Assembly: GCA_964594835.1 (NCBI GenBank)
Contig: CAZQNA010000003.1
Span: forward strand, 64,001-128,000
Reading direction: 5' to 3'
Source of the DNA: an uncultured Nitrososphaerota archaeon
GTDB lineage: Archaea; Korarchaeota; Korarchaeia; Korarchaeales; Korarchaeaceae
DNA: 64,000 nucleotides
A model generated the notes under the pieces. The model did no database searches and was not told where the DNA came from. It saw only the letters and a program-made list of their open reading frames with translations. Of this stretch, positions 10,286 through 19,484 are shown piece by piece. The stretch's first letter is position 1, and each line of letters starts with the position of its first letter. Made by a program: the position numbers and the translations under genes.

Positions 10286-11320
10286 ATGGGTCGCGAGTCT
10301 GAGCGCATACCTCGGGAGGCGTCGCTCGAGATCGTGAGGTCCAGCAGACTTGACTCTCCGCTGGTGAGGGCCGACAGGCTCTCCAGAGTGATGGGGGTCG
10401 AGGTGCACCTCAAGCTCGAATCCAGGAACCCAAGCGGGTCTCAGAAGGACAGGGCCGCCTTGGCGAACGTCCTCTATGCGAAGAGAGTGGGGAAGGAGGT
10501 CGTGACCGCCGGGACCTGCGGGAACTACGGCGCTGCTCTGGCCTACTACGCCACCAAGTACGGGCTCGAGGCCCACATATTCATTCCCGCGGGCTTCACG
10601 GGCAGACGGATTACGTACATGGAGTCCCTTGGAGCCTACGTGGTCAGGGTTGAGGGGCACTACGAGGACGCCGTGGAGGCGAGTTCCAAGATGGCCAGGG
10701 AGCGGGGCTGGCACGACGCCAACCCCGGGGGACTGGGAGGGACGCTGGGCATCCTCGGATACATGTCCATCGCCCGCGAGCTCGTAGATCAGCTGGGTGG
10801 CATCCCGGAGGAGATCTACGTCCCGGTGGGGAACGGGACCACCCTTGCCGGAATATGGCAGGGGTTCCTGGAGCTGAGGAGGGAGGGCGAGATATCGAGG
10901 CTCCCGAGGATGATCGGGGTCACGACGAGGGCGGGGAACCCCGTGCTCACGTCCTTCCAGAAGGGCCTCAGCGCGGCGGAGGAGCTCGATCCCTCAGGAA
11001 TAGTCGAGACGGAGATAAACGAGCCGCTGATCAACTACAGGTCCTACGACGGGGACGAGGCCCTTCGGGCCATCCTGGAGAGCGGCGGCGCGGCATACGG
11101 CTACACGGACAGGGAGCTCGCGGTGGCGGCGCGGCTCTTCGCCGAGCTGTCCGAGGTCAGGCCCATTCCCGCGTCCGCATCGGTGCTCCTCCCGGGGATC
11201 TCGAGGGAGCCGCGGGGGGAGGGCCCGTGGGTTCTGGTGATCACCCAGGAAGAGGACCTCGCCGGTGGATCCGGGGCCGGTGCCGAGTTTAAGGGCACGA
11301 CCCGCCCGACGCCCCGATAG
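10286..11320 (+). CDS. Threonine synthase-like PLP-dependent enzyme (fold type II)
   Basis: LKLESRNPSGSQKDR (PLP lysine), TCGNYG, VPVGNGTT. Confidence 0.85.
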   Translation: MGRESERIPREASLEIVRSSRLDSPLVRADRLSRVMGVEVHLKLESRNPSGSQKDRAALANVLYAKRVGKEVVTAGTCGNYGAALAYYATKYGLEAHIFIPAGFTGRRITYMESLGAYVVRVEGHYEDAVEASSKMARERGWHDANPGGLGGTLGILGYMSIARELVDQLGGIPEEIYVPVGNGTTLAGIWQGFLELRREGEISRLPRMIGVTTRAGNPVLTSFQKGLSAAEELDPSGIVETEINEPLINYRSYDGDEALRAILESGGAAYGYTDRELAVAARLFAELSEVRPIPASASVLLPGISREPRGEGPWVLVITQEEDLAGGSGAGAEFKGTTRPTPR

Positions 11321-11322
11321 AG

Positions 11323-12090
11323 TTGGGCAGGATCAGGTTCATCTTGGCCACAAGGGGTGAGTTCTTCGGGCTGGACGAGCTGCTGGACGATTCAGACGTG
11401 CAGGAGAGCCTGATGGCGATCAGGCGGAAGATAATCGGCCCGGATCGCCTCCCCATGGGGGGAAGGAGGCTCTTGGAGCTGGGACTGATCACCGACGAGG
11501 GACTCGCGTTCCCGATAGTCTTGGAGGAGGAATACCGGCTGCTGGGGAGAGACGTTGAGGCGCTCGGCGAGGAGGTCTCAGGCGAAGTCGAGGACGCCCT
11601 CGCGGACTCCGTCGACTCCATGGAGGAGAGGTGTGCGGCGGTGCTGGGCGAGCTGGACGCGGCCCTCGACGCCGCGCTCGTGGAGGAGCAGAGGCTCAGG
11701 CCGCTCAGGCTCGCGCGGGGGGAGGCGTTCATATGCGGGTTCGAGGGGGCCCGAGGGCCCGCGCTGACGTCGGAGTGCCACGAGATCGAGGGAGGCCTGA
11801 GGTGCATGGTCGAGTACGGGGAGGGTAGGGAGGTCGTGAGGGCGACCCTCGGGAGGGGCTCCGCGGCCTCGGCTGAGTCACCCCTGATGATGGAGCTGGC
11901 CGACAGGATCTCCCGCCTGTCCGTCGAGAGGGCGAGGCTCTGGGCCGGCGAGCTGGGGTTCACAGGCTCGAAGGGCGATCTCTTCGCCTACGGGTTCTCA
12001 AAGCTCGTCTACGAGTCGATCCTGACGGCCCTATCCCGGAGGGGGTTCATCCCGGGGGCCGTCAGGATCGAGTACGTGGTCCTGCTGTGA
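11323..12090 (+). CDS. Hypothetical protein, co-transcribed with the PLP enzyme
   Basis: Starts 2 nt after the upstream stop; host-like codon usage; no motif recognised. Confidence 0.65.
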   Translation: MGRIRFILATRGEFFGLDELLDDSDVQESLMAIRRKIIGPDRLPMGGRRLLELGLITDEGLAFPIVLEEEYRLLGRDVEALGEEVSGEVEDALADSVDSMEERCAAVLGELDAALDAALVEEQRLRPLRLARGEAFICGFEGARGPALTSECHEIEGGLRCMVEYGEGREVVRATLGRGSAASAESPLMMELADRISRLSVERARLWAGELGFTGSKGDLFAYGFSKLVYESILTALSRRGFIPGAVRIEYVVLL

Positions 12091-12228
12091 ACCCCAGACG
12101 TGCCTCGACCGGCGATGGGCCGAGAGCCCCCGCGGCCGGGAGCTGATCTGAGGGATTATCGGGCGAGAAATAAACTCGTTCCGACCCATAGGGGAAGCGT
12201 TTTATTGGGTCGGCCTCAGAGGCGCGAC

Positions 12229-13425
12229 GTGGATAGAGACCTCGCGGCCATCCTCGCACTAATCCTACTCCTCACCGTCGTCCTCGCCCTCGCCGTCGCC
12301 GTGATCCCTCACCCAAATCGGTCGGGTCTCCCGCGGGGTCGCCAGGTAAATCGGTCAAGGAAACCCACCACGACCGCGCCGCCCCCATCATCCCCGCCGC
12401 CCCCGCCGCACGTGACGTCCGAGGAGATGATCTGCAGGCTCGTTGGCGAGGCCTCAAGGGGCGTTGGGGTCTTCGGCGCCGACCTGGGCGTGCCGGTGAT
12501 TGTGTCCACCGGTGGAGGGGAGAGGTTGGCCCTGCTGTTCGGCGACGTCTTCTCCCCGGGGGGAGGGGGCGCCAACGCCGCGGCAACGTTCGAACCTCCC
12601 CTCAGGGACTGCCCGGACCTCGAGTGGGTCACCGGCCCCGACGGGAGGTTCGCCGAGATGTGGCCATCCCTCAGGGAAGACTGGGTCGACTCCTCGACGG
12701 TTCCCGCCGGCGCCGTGGAGGTGGGGGGAGTCCTCTACGTCTACGCGATGAGGGTCACCCACTGGGCAAAGAGGCTGAACGCCTCTGACTCCGTCCACGC
12801 CTACGGGGTGCTCTTCTCCGGGAGGCTGGGGGAGGGGTTCGTTGAGACCGAGGTGAGGTGGCCGCTGGACGAGAAGTTCGTCAACGTGGCCCCCGTAATG
12901 GGCCGCCTGCCGTCAGGAGAAGAGGTCGTGTACCTCCTGGCCTCTGGGAGGTTCCGGGACTCGCCTATCTACCTTGGCTACGTGCCCCCGGACGACATCG
13001 CCGACCCGGCGGCGTACAGGTACTTCTCCGGCCTGGACTCGGATGGAGCCCCGACTTGGAGCTCCAGCCTCGAGGACGCCGTACCCGTGGTGGAGGACGT
13101 GAGGGTTGGGGAGCTCTCGGTGATATATCACCCGACGGCCGGGGCCTACCTCCTGATGTACAAGAACTACGGCGGGAGGCCGGGCTTCCACCTCAGGGTG
13201 GCCAGGGACCTCTGGGGACCCTACTCGCAGCCGGAAGTCCTGACCCCGTGCGTCCCCAGGCCCGCTTGGTTCGAGGGGCCGGCGTGGGGCGGATGCTACG
13301 GGGGGTACTTGATACCCGGCGAGTTTGGAGAGGACGGGCTCTCCCTCTACTACACCCTCTCCCTCTGGGTACCATACTCGACCTTCCTCATGAGGCTCTC
13401 GCTCTCCAGCCTGCCCGGCGGCTAG
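12229..13425 (+). CDS. Membrane-anchored DUF4185-family beta-propeller protein (putative glycoside hydrolase)
   Basis: N-terminal TM plus Pro/Thr linker; GADLG, LLFGD, VGELSV, GPYS, YGGY; GTG 12229 lies about 25 nt after TTTTATT. Confidence 0.7.
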   Translation: MDRDLAAILALILLLTVVLALAVAVIPHPNRSGLPRGRQVNRSRKPTTTAPPPSSPPPPPHVTSEEMICRLVGEASRGVGVFGADLGVPVIVSTGGGERLALLFGDVFSPGGGGANAAATFEPPLRDCPDLEWVTGPDGRFAEMWPSLREDWVDSSTVPAGAVEVGGVLYVYAMRVTHWAKRLNASDSVHAYGVLFSGRLGEGFVETEVRWPLDEKFVNVAPVMGRLPSGEEVVYLLASGRFRDSPIYLGYVPPDDIADPAAYRYFSGLDSDGAPTWSSSLEDAVPVVEDVRVGELSVIYHPTAGAYLLMYKNYGGRPGFHLRVARDLWGPYSQPEVLTPCVPRPAWFEGPAWGGCYGGYLIPGEFGEDGLSLYYTLSLWVPYSTFLMRLSLSSLPGG

Positions 13426-13532
13426 GCTCGGACGAGGGTTAACGGAGCTGGGCCTTTATCCGGGATGCGCTCCGGCATCGAGGGGTCCCTGCTCCCGTCA
13501 ATCATCGGCCGCGGTGTGTGAGTGGCCGGGGA

Positions 13533-14327
13533 TCACCCCAGCCGCCTGAACTCCCGCTCCAGAGCCCTCACCCTCTGTGGGTCGACCGGATTCTCGATGC
13601 GCCCTCCCTCCTTGAGCCACGTCCCTACGATGGCGCCGTCGGCCCAGGCGAGGAGTTCCGCCGCGTTGTCTGGGGTGACCCCGCTCCCGACCAGCACCGG
13701 CCTCTCCCCCGCCGCCTCCCTGGCCCTCCGAACGGTCTCGGGATCTGGGGGCCTTCCCGTCTCGCTCCCGGTCACCACCACGGCGTCCGCCCTCCCCCTG
13801 ATCAGGGCGGCCTTCACCACCTCCTCCAGGCTCATTTCGTGCAGGGGCGTGGCGTGCTTGCACATCACGTCGGCGAGCACGAGGACGTCGGATCCCAGGA
13901 TCCTCTTGAACTCCTGGACCTCGGCCGCGGCGGGCCTTAGGATTCCCTGATCCGAGGCGAGGACCTCCACGTAGGCGTTGCACCTGATGAACCTGGCCCC
14001 CGACGCCTCTGCCACGGCGACGGCGGCCGGGCAGTCGTTCCGAAGGACGTTGACGCCGACCGGGATGTCGACCTCCCGGACCACCCTCGAGGCGACCGCG
14101 GCCATGGCCGCGACGGTGGCGGGGCCAACTCTCTCCCTGAATGGAGAGTCGCCGTAGTTCTCGACGATCAGGGCGTCGGCCCCTCCGGTCTCCAGAGCCC
14201 TGGCGTCTCTGATGGCCCTGGAGACGATTTCGGCCATGTCCCCCGAGTAGCGGGGGGATCCAGGGAGAGGGGGCAGGTGAACGACGCCTATCAGCGCCTT
14301 CCCGGAGCCGAAAAGCATCTCGCCCAC
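13533..14327 (-). CDS. BtpA/SgcQ-family TIM-barrel protein
   Basis: IGVVHLPPLPGSP, ENYGDSPF, GVNVLRND, KHA, VTGSETG, VGSGV. Confidence 0.92.
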   Translation of the reverse strand: MGEMLFGSGKALIGVVHLPPLPGSPRYSGDMAEIVSRAIRDARALETGGADALIVENYGDSPFRERVGPATVAAMAAVASRVVREVDIPVGVNVLRNDCPAAVAVAEASGARFIRCNAYVEVLASDQGILRPAAAEVQEFKRILGSDVLVLADVMCKHATPLHEMSLEEVVKAALIRGRADAVVVTGSETGRPPDPETVRRAREAAGERPVLVGSGVTPDNAAELLAWADGAIVGTWLKEGGRIENPVDPQRVRALEREFRRLG

Positions 14328-14354
14328 TCCTCCGGACAGGTAAAAACCCCGACC

Positions 14355-15290
14355 TCAGCAGCGGAGTTCGCCGAGCCAGGACCTCACGTCGTCCCAGGTG
14401 GGCATCGCCACGCTGGACCCCCTCCTCTGGACCTTGAGCCCGGCGACGACGTTGGCCAGCCTGCACGAATCCCTGAGAGCCATCCCCCGAGCGAGGCCCG
14501 CGGCCAGCCCGGCGGCGAACGCGTCCCCGGCGCCGGTCGAGTCGACGACCCTCACCCGGAGAGCCGGGATGACCTCCCCGGTCGGGAGCCGGCACCCCCC
14601 CTCTCCCAGCTTTATCACAGACTTCGAGGACGCCTTCTCCCACAGCCCAACCTGCCTGAGGGCTTCAACCTCCGAGAGGTTCGGCAGGACGAGGTCGCTG
14701 GCGTCCAGCGCCTCCGAGAGCGCGTCCCTGGGGATCGTCCGCACGAGCGGGGAGGGGTCGAACATCACCAACCCGCCCGCCGAGCCGACCTCTGAGGCCA
14801 TCTCCAGGACGGCGCCCCTCTGCTCCTCCGGCAGGAGGGAGTATCCGGCGAAGTGAAAGACCCTCGCACGCCTCACCAGGCCCCAAGGCACATCCGAAAT
14901 TGAGACCTCGCACCCGCGGGGGAGGTGGGAGACCATGGTCCTCTCACCACGGCCGTCCACCAGAGACGCGACCACCCCGGTGGTCCCACACGAGCTGGAG
15001 GTCATCAGCCCGCTGGTGTCCACCCCCTCCCGCCCGAGGAAGTCGAGGATCGTCAGCCCCGCCGGGTCCCGCGCCACCTTGCCCACGACCGCGGAGGGCT
15101 GGCCCAGCCGGGAGGCGGCGACGGTGAAGTTGACCGACGCCCCTCCCGGAGAGATCAGGGCTTCCCCCGCCCTGACGTCCCCTCCGGGCGGGGGGAGCGA
15201 CTCCAGGTAGAAGATAACGTCCAGCATCACGTCGCAGGCTGACAGCAGCGGCCCCTTATCGAGCAACCCGCGGACCCCCCGCCGGCACAC
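14355..15290 (-). CDS. PfkB/ribokinase-family carbohydrate kinase
   Basis: PGGASVN, PNLSE, VVDSTGAGDAF. Confidence 0.9.
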   Translation of the reverse strand: MCRRGVRGLLDKGPLLSACDVMLDVIFYLESLPPPGGDVRAGEALISPGGASVNFTVAASRLGQPSAVVGKVARDPAGLTILDFLGREGVDTSGLMTSSSCGTTGVVASLVDGRGERTMVSHLPRGCEVSISDVPWGLVRRARVFHFAGYSLLPEEQRGAVLEMASEVGSAGGLVMFDPSPLVRTIPRDALSEALDASDLVLPNLSEVEALRQVGLWEKASSKSVIKLGEGGCRLPTGEVIPALRVRVVDSTGAGDAFAAGLAAGLARGMALRDSCRLANVVAGLKVQRRGSSVAMPTWDDVRSWLGELRC

Positions 15291-15470
15291 GTTAAGACGG
15301 CAGCCCCGGCGTCGACTAAATACATAAAATGTTGTTGCCAGCGAGGATCAATGCAATTTACACATGATACGCGGGCGCGACCGCGCGAATGTGAATGGTT
15401 AACGGCGAATACCCTCAAACGACCTGAAACGCTTATATTCCCCGCTGCCCCGCGCGCTCCTAGGGTGAAA

Positions 15471-15728
15471 ATGATGGGCCTCCCGGCCTACCTGGCGGGA
15501 ATAATCGCGCAGATAGTCGGTTGGATGCCGAGCATCATTAAGGCCGCAGCGATCCTGATAATCGGCTGGGCGGCGGGCAGGGTGTTCGGCAAGGCCGTCT
15601 CCCTCGCCCTAGACAAGATAGGAGTGGACGACGCGCTGAGGCAGACTAGCGTGGGAAAGGCCATAGAGGCCCGGGCGAAGATAAGCCTGGTCTCTGTCTT
15701 CGACGTGATAGCCAGGTGGTTCGTCTGA
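15471..15728 (+). pseudogene. Truncated MscS/CmpX-type TM-helix protein
   Basis: WMPSIIKAAAILIIGW...LDKIGVD...IARWFV matches the TM-helix repeat of small mechanosensitive channel proteins; ends abruptly at an AT-rich stretch. Confidence 0.6.
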
Positions 15729-16141
15729 CCAATGTTGTCCGTTAGTGAAACTAATCGGGCTGATTATGGCCACTCTCGGTGTTTTTTATAACATCATCTC
15801 CTGATATCAACATCAGTGTAAAAATGCCTGAAGAAAGATTTATATTCGCCACGCATCACCTTCTAAACGGGGCGAAAGCCCCGGGGGGTGGGAGGGATGA
15901 GGGTGGGAGGCCCTGTAGAGGGCTGAGCACTCTTCTCCCTTCCGCCTCCTTATCTCGCTGACCCTCTTTTGGTCATGTGGGGAGGCGGCCTCTGCGTTGA
16001 CGGTTGACTCCAGGGCCCGCCGGCGCCTGTCCTCGATAAGTGTGCGAAATATTTCCAGTAACTCCCCCGTATCCCAGTTAACTGACGACATGCGCCCTCC
16101 GCCGGCGCGATGATTATATTTTTCACCTGTAAAATATACCC

Positions 16142-18730
16142 GTGGGCAGGTGCTCACGGTGCGGTCGGGAGTTCCCCGACTACCTGCTCAGGGTTGAGAG
16201 CGGCGAGATCCTGTGCATCTGGTGCGCCCTCGAGGAACTGGAGAGCAGAGTTGAGAGGCTTGAGGCCCTGGTCGAGGTCTCGAAGAAGCTAGCCGAGCTG
16301 CCAGAGGAGGCCCCCGTCGAGGAGACGCCCCCACCCGTCGCAGTCGAGGCCGAGCGCGAGGAGGCCTCCGAGGTATCCTCTGAGGTCGTGCCGGTGAGCC
16401 TGGAGGTCAAGATAGGGAGGGAGTGGTTCCTCAGGGCCGGAGTGATCCTGGTGGTGGCGGCGCTGGCCTACCTCTACGAGCACGTGGTCCTCTCGAGGCT
16501 GGGCCCGTGGGGCTACGTGGGGACCGGCGTGGCCGCTGGGGTGGCCGTCGCGGCGGTCGGAGAGTTCTGGGCCCCCAAGACCTCTGGCGCCCTCTCTAGG
16601 TTCATGAGGGTCATGATAGCCCTGGGGGGACTTTCCACGGTCGTCAGCCTGTGGGCCATGGCCTCGTACTTCCGGCTGACCGGCCCCGAGCCCTTCGTCC
16701 TCCTGTCGCTGGCGACCTCGACGTACCTGGCCTGGGCGTTCAGGAGACACGGAACCTGGGAGATCCTCGCGTCGTCCCTGACCTCCGGCTACGCGGTGTA
16801 TCTCTACGCCGCCTCGCTCCTCCTGCCGCGTTGGATCCCGACGCTCGCGCACGCGATCACATCGGCCGCCGGTCTTTCCTGCTCGTTTGACAGGGAGGAA
16901 GATCTCCCCGCGGCGGCGACGGCCGTGGGAGCCCTCTCGGCCTCAGCCCTCGCCGCCGTTGTGGGCTGGGGGTCGCCCTGGGAGATGGTCGTCGCGGCGG
17001 CGGTGCCGCCGATCCTCTTCTACACCTCCAGGTCCCCGGTGGTCCCGTGGCTCGCGACGCTGACCCCGCCCGCGGCCTCCGCCGCGGCCCACATGTTTGG
17101 GTCGCCGTGGCACTCCCTCCTGTTCGTGCCCGCCTTCATCGCCACCCTTCCGGCGGCCAGGGGGGGACAGAGGGGCCTCCTGGCTGCCATCGCTGCATCC
17201 GGCTCGCTGTCCCAGGTGGCCTACCTCCTGGCCTGGGCTGGCCGGGTCGACCTGAGGGCGCCCCTGAGCGGCGTCCCCCTGATGGCATTCTTGGCCGCCT
17301 TGACCGTCGAAGGCGAAGGAGGCGGCAGGGAATCTCTCGTCCCCCCGGCGCTGGGCCTCATGGTAGCGTCTGTCGAGTGCCTGCTGATCGACTGGGGCCC
17401 GGGCGCCGTGCTCGGAACCTCCGCCTTGCTCGCATTCGGCGTCGCCTCCCACCTCAGGCGAGGGGTCGTCGCGCCCGCGTCCGTCCTGGGTCCGCTCGTC
17501 CTCGCGTCTCTCTCCCTGGCTGGCGCGCCGGCATTACCCCTCTGGCTCACCTACTGGATCTACGCCGGCGCGGCGCTCACGGCGGCCTGGAGGTGGGCGG
17601 GAGGGGGTGAGGCGGCCGGTGGAGCCCCAGACTTCTTCCCCGCGATCCCCCTGGTGCCCGGGCAGCTGGCCCTGCTCGCCCTGCCTGCCGGGTCCCCGGT
17701 CGAGGTAGTCGCCCGACTGGCGTTCCTCTCCGCCCTGCTGGCCTACTCCGCGCTCTCCAAGTTCAGGCTGGCCGCGAAGGGTACTGGGTACACGGCCAGC
17801 ATCCTCGTCACATACGTCACCCTGAGCCTCATGTCGCGGGAAGGGTGGGGAGGCCTCTGGGCGACCTTGGTGCCGGCCTGGGGCACGTTCCTGTTCTCGC
17901 TCCTGATGTGGTGGAGGTTCGGCGACGTGGACGCCGCCTGGTCCCAGGTGGGCATCCCGGTGGCGGTCCTCCCGGCCTACAGGAGCCCGATGTTCTTCGG
18001 CCCCCGGGTCCCAGCCTCGCCGGGTGAGGCCGCGACCGCGGCGCTGCTCCTGGTCTCGGCGTCCCTGGCCGCGGCCGCTGAGGCCCGAGATGAGCCCTCG
18101 CTGCGGCCCATATCCGCCGTCACGATCCTCCCCATTGCGTTCAGCGCCTCCTACGGCTGGTCCGAGACGGTCCACTCAGCCTTCGCCGGCGCGGCCCTGG
18201 CATGCTCCCTGGCCTACGCCGCCTCGGCGCTCGCGAGTCGGGAGAGGGGAGAGCTGGCCATCTACCTCCTCTCCACATACCTGGCGTTCGACCTCCTCGC
18301 CTTCTCGACCGGTCTGCCGGACTGGACCGTGCCAACCGTCCCGCTGCTGGGGGCGGCCGCGTCCTACGCGGACTTCAGGGCCCGAGGGTCCGGCACGTGC
18401 GACGTCCTCCTAGCTGTGGGATCTCTCACGTCCGCAGGCTCAGCCCTGGCGGTATTTGGAGGCGGCCCGGCCGCCTCGGCGTTCCTCGCGGCATCTGGCG
18501 CTGGAGCGGTGGCGCTCGGTATCCCCGAGCGCTCAAGGATAGCCAGAGTGTCCGGGCTCGCCCTGCTCATCGCGGGCATCCTCAAGGCCCTGGTCCACGA
18601 TCTGGTTGAGCTCGGCCTCCTCTCGAGGGGGCTGAGCCTCCTGGCGGTGGGCGCCGCCCTCATAGGAATCTCGTACCTGTACGCCAGGTATCAGGACGTC
18701 ATCCTAGGCGAGGGATCGCGGAGCCGCTGA
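16142..18730 (+). CDS. Large polytopic membrane protein (DUF2339-like) with N-terminal Cys cluster
   Basis: CxxC...CxxC, coiled coil, LEVKIGREWF, more than 20 TM segments, C-terminal ILKALVHDL...ISYLY. Confidence 0.75.
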   Translation: MGRCSRCGREFPDYLLRVESGEILCIWCALEELESRVERLEALVEVSKKLAELPEEAPVEETPPPVAVEAEREEASEVSSEVVPVSLEVKIGREWFLRAGVILVVAALAYLYEHVVLSRLGPWGYVGTGVAAGVAVAAVGEFWAPKTSGALSRFMRVMIALGGLSTVVSLWAMASYFRLTGPEPFVLLSLATSTYLAWAFRRHGTWEILASSLTSGYAVYLYAASLLLPRWIPTLAHAITSAAGLSCSFDREEDLPAAATAVGALSASALAAVVGWGSPWEMVVAAAVPPILFYTSRSPVVPWLATLTPPAASAAAHMFGSPWHSLLFVPAFIATLPAARGGQRGLLAAIAASGSLSQVAYLLAWAGRVDLRAPLSGVPLMAFLAALTVEGEGGGRESLVPPALGLMVASVECLLIDWGPGAVLGTSALLAFGVASHLRRGVVAPASVLGPLVLASLSLAGAPALPLWLTYWIYAGAALTAAWRWAGGGEAAGGAPDFFPAIPLVPGQLALLALPAGSPVEVVARLAFLSALLAYSALSKFRLAAKGTGYTASILVTYVTLSLMSREGWGGLWATLVPAWGTFLFSLLMWWRFGDVDAAWSQVGIPVAVLPAYRSPMFFGPRVPASPGEAATAALLLVSASLAAAAEARDEPSLRPISAVTILPIAFSASYGWSETVHSAFAGAALACSLAYAASALASRERGELAIYLLSTYLAFDLLAFSTGLPDWTVPTVPLLGAAASYADFRARGSGTCDVLLAVGSLTSAGSALAVFGGGPAASAFLAASGAGAVALGIPERSRIARVSGLALLIAGILKALVHDLVELGLLSRGLSLLAVGAALIGISYLYARYQDVILGEGSRSR

Positions 18731-18850
18731 CTCGGCGGGGGGTAGGGACGGCGAGTTCGTCGGCGCGCTCGACCGGGCGCAGCCTGAGGCCTCGAAGGGA
18801 CCCACCCCTCTGAAGAGTTCTTAAGGCTGGGGGCGACTGGCCAGATTGCG

Positions 18851-19291
18851 TTGAGGTCGCCCCTGGTGAGCCCGGAAGGCAGGCTGTCCCTCCTCCAAGA
18901 GCTCAGGAGGAGGGGGTTCTACGTCAGGATGCACGCCTACGAGTACCTCGTCGCGGATCGGACGGGCTTCCTAGCGATCCTCTTGCTGGAGCCCTCTGCC
19001 GGGTCGGCCACCGTGGTGGATCTGAGGGGATCCAAGGGGGAGATCAGCGCGATCGTCGACTCAGTCCTCGCGGTGGATCCCCAGATCTCGATTAGGATGA
19101 GGAGGCCGGGGGGGCACCTGACCGCTATTGACCGTCGGCGGGTCGATGCGACGGCCCTCCGGGCCGGGAGGCAACCCTCGACCGTACCGAACTGCGGCAA
19201 GCGCGGGGGGCTGTGGGGCGGTCCAAAGATCGGCAAAAACCCCGGTTATCCCTCCCGTGGTGTGACTCTTTCACGCCGCCCGCCGACCTAA
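18851..19291 (+). CDS. Hypothetical protein
   Basis: First ~90 aa are protein-like (LRRRGFYVRMHAYEYLV); true 3' end uncertain. Confidence 0.5.
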   Translation: MRSPLVSPEGRLSLLQELRRRGFYVRMHAYEYLVADRTGFLAILLLEPSAGSATVVDLRGSKGEISAIVDSVLAVDPQISIRMRRPGGHLTAIDRRRVDATALRAGRQPSTVPNCGKRGGLWGGPKIGKNPGYPSRGVTLSRRPPT

Positions 19292-19350
19292 CGGCAGGCC
19301 TCACAGCCGCTGGCGGTCGAAAGATAACCCGTCGGCCGCGCGCGCTGGCC

Positions 19351-19376
19351 GGGAATAGATTACCCATAGTGGGTAA
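19351..19376 (+). promoter_or_regulatory. Distal putative operator GGGAA-N4-TTACC-N7-GGTAA
   Basis: gggaatagattacccatagtgggtaa; the same TTACC-N7-GGTAA arrangement occurs at 31372-31388. Confidence 0.6.
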
Positions 19377-19429
19377 AAAGGGATGATTTTGGATTAAATT
19401 TTTCTAACTAGTTGCGTGACGGGAGCAGG

Positions 19430-19461
19430 TTTATATTGTATTTGTTCGGCAAAAGGTTACC
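19430..19461 (+). promoter_or_regulatory. TATA box (TTTATAT) and proximal operator GGCAA-AAGG-TTACC of the ABC operon
   Basis: TATA at 19430-19436; 14-bp pseudo-palindrome at 19448-19461 over the expected start site. Confidence 0.65.
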
Positions 19462-19484
19462 ACACCATAGGCAAAGGTGGTCGT

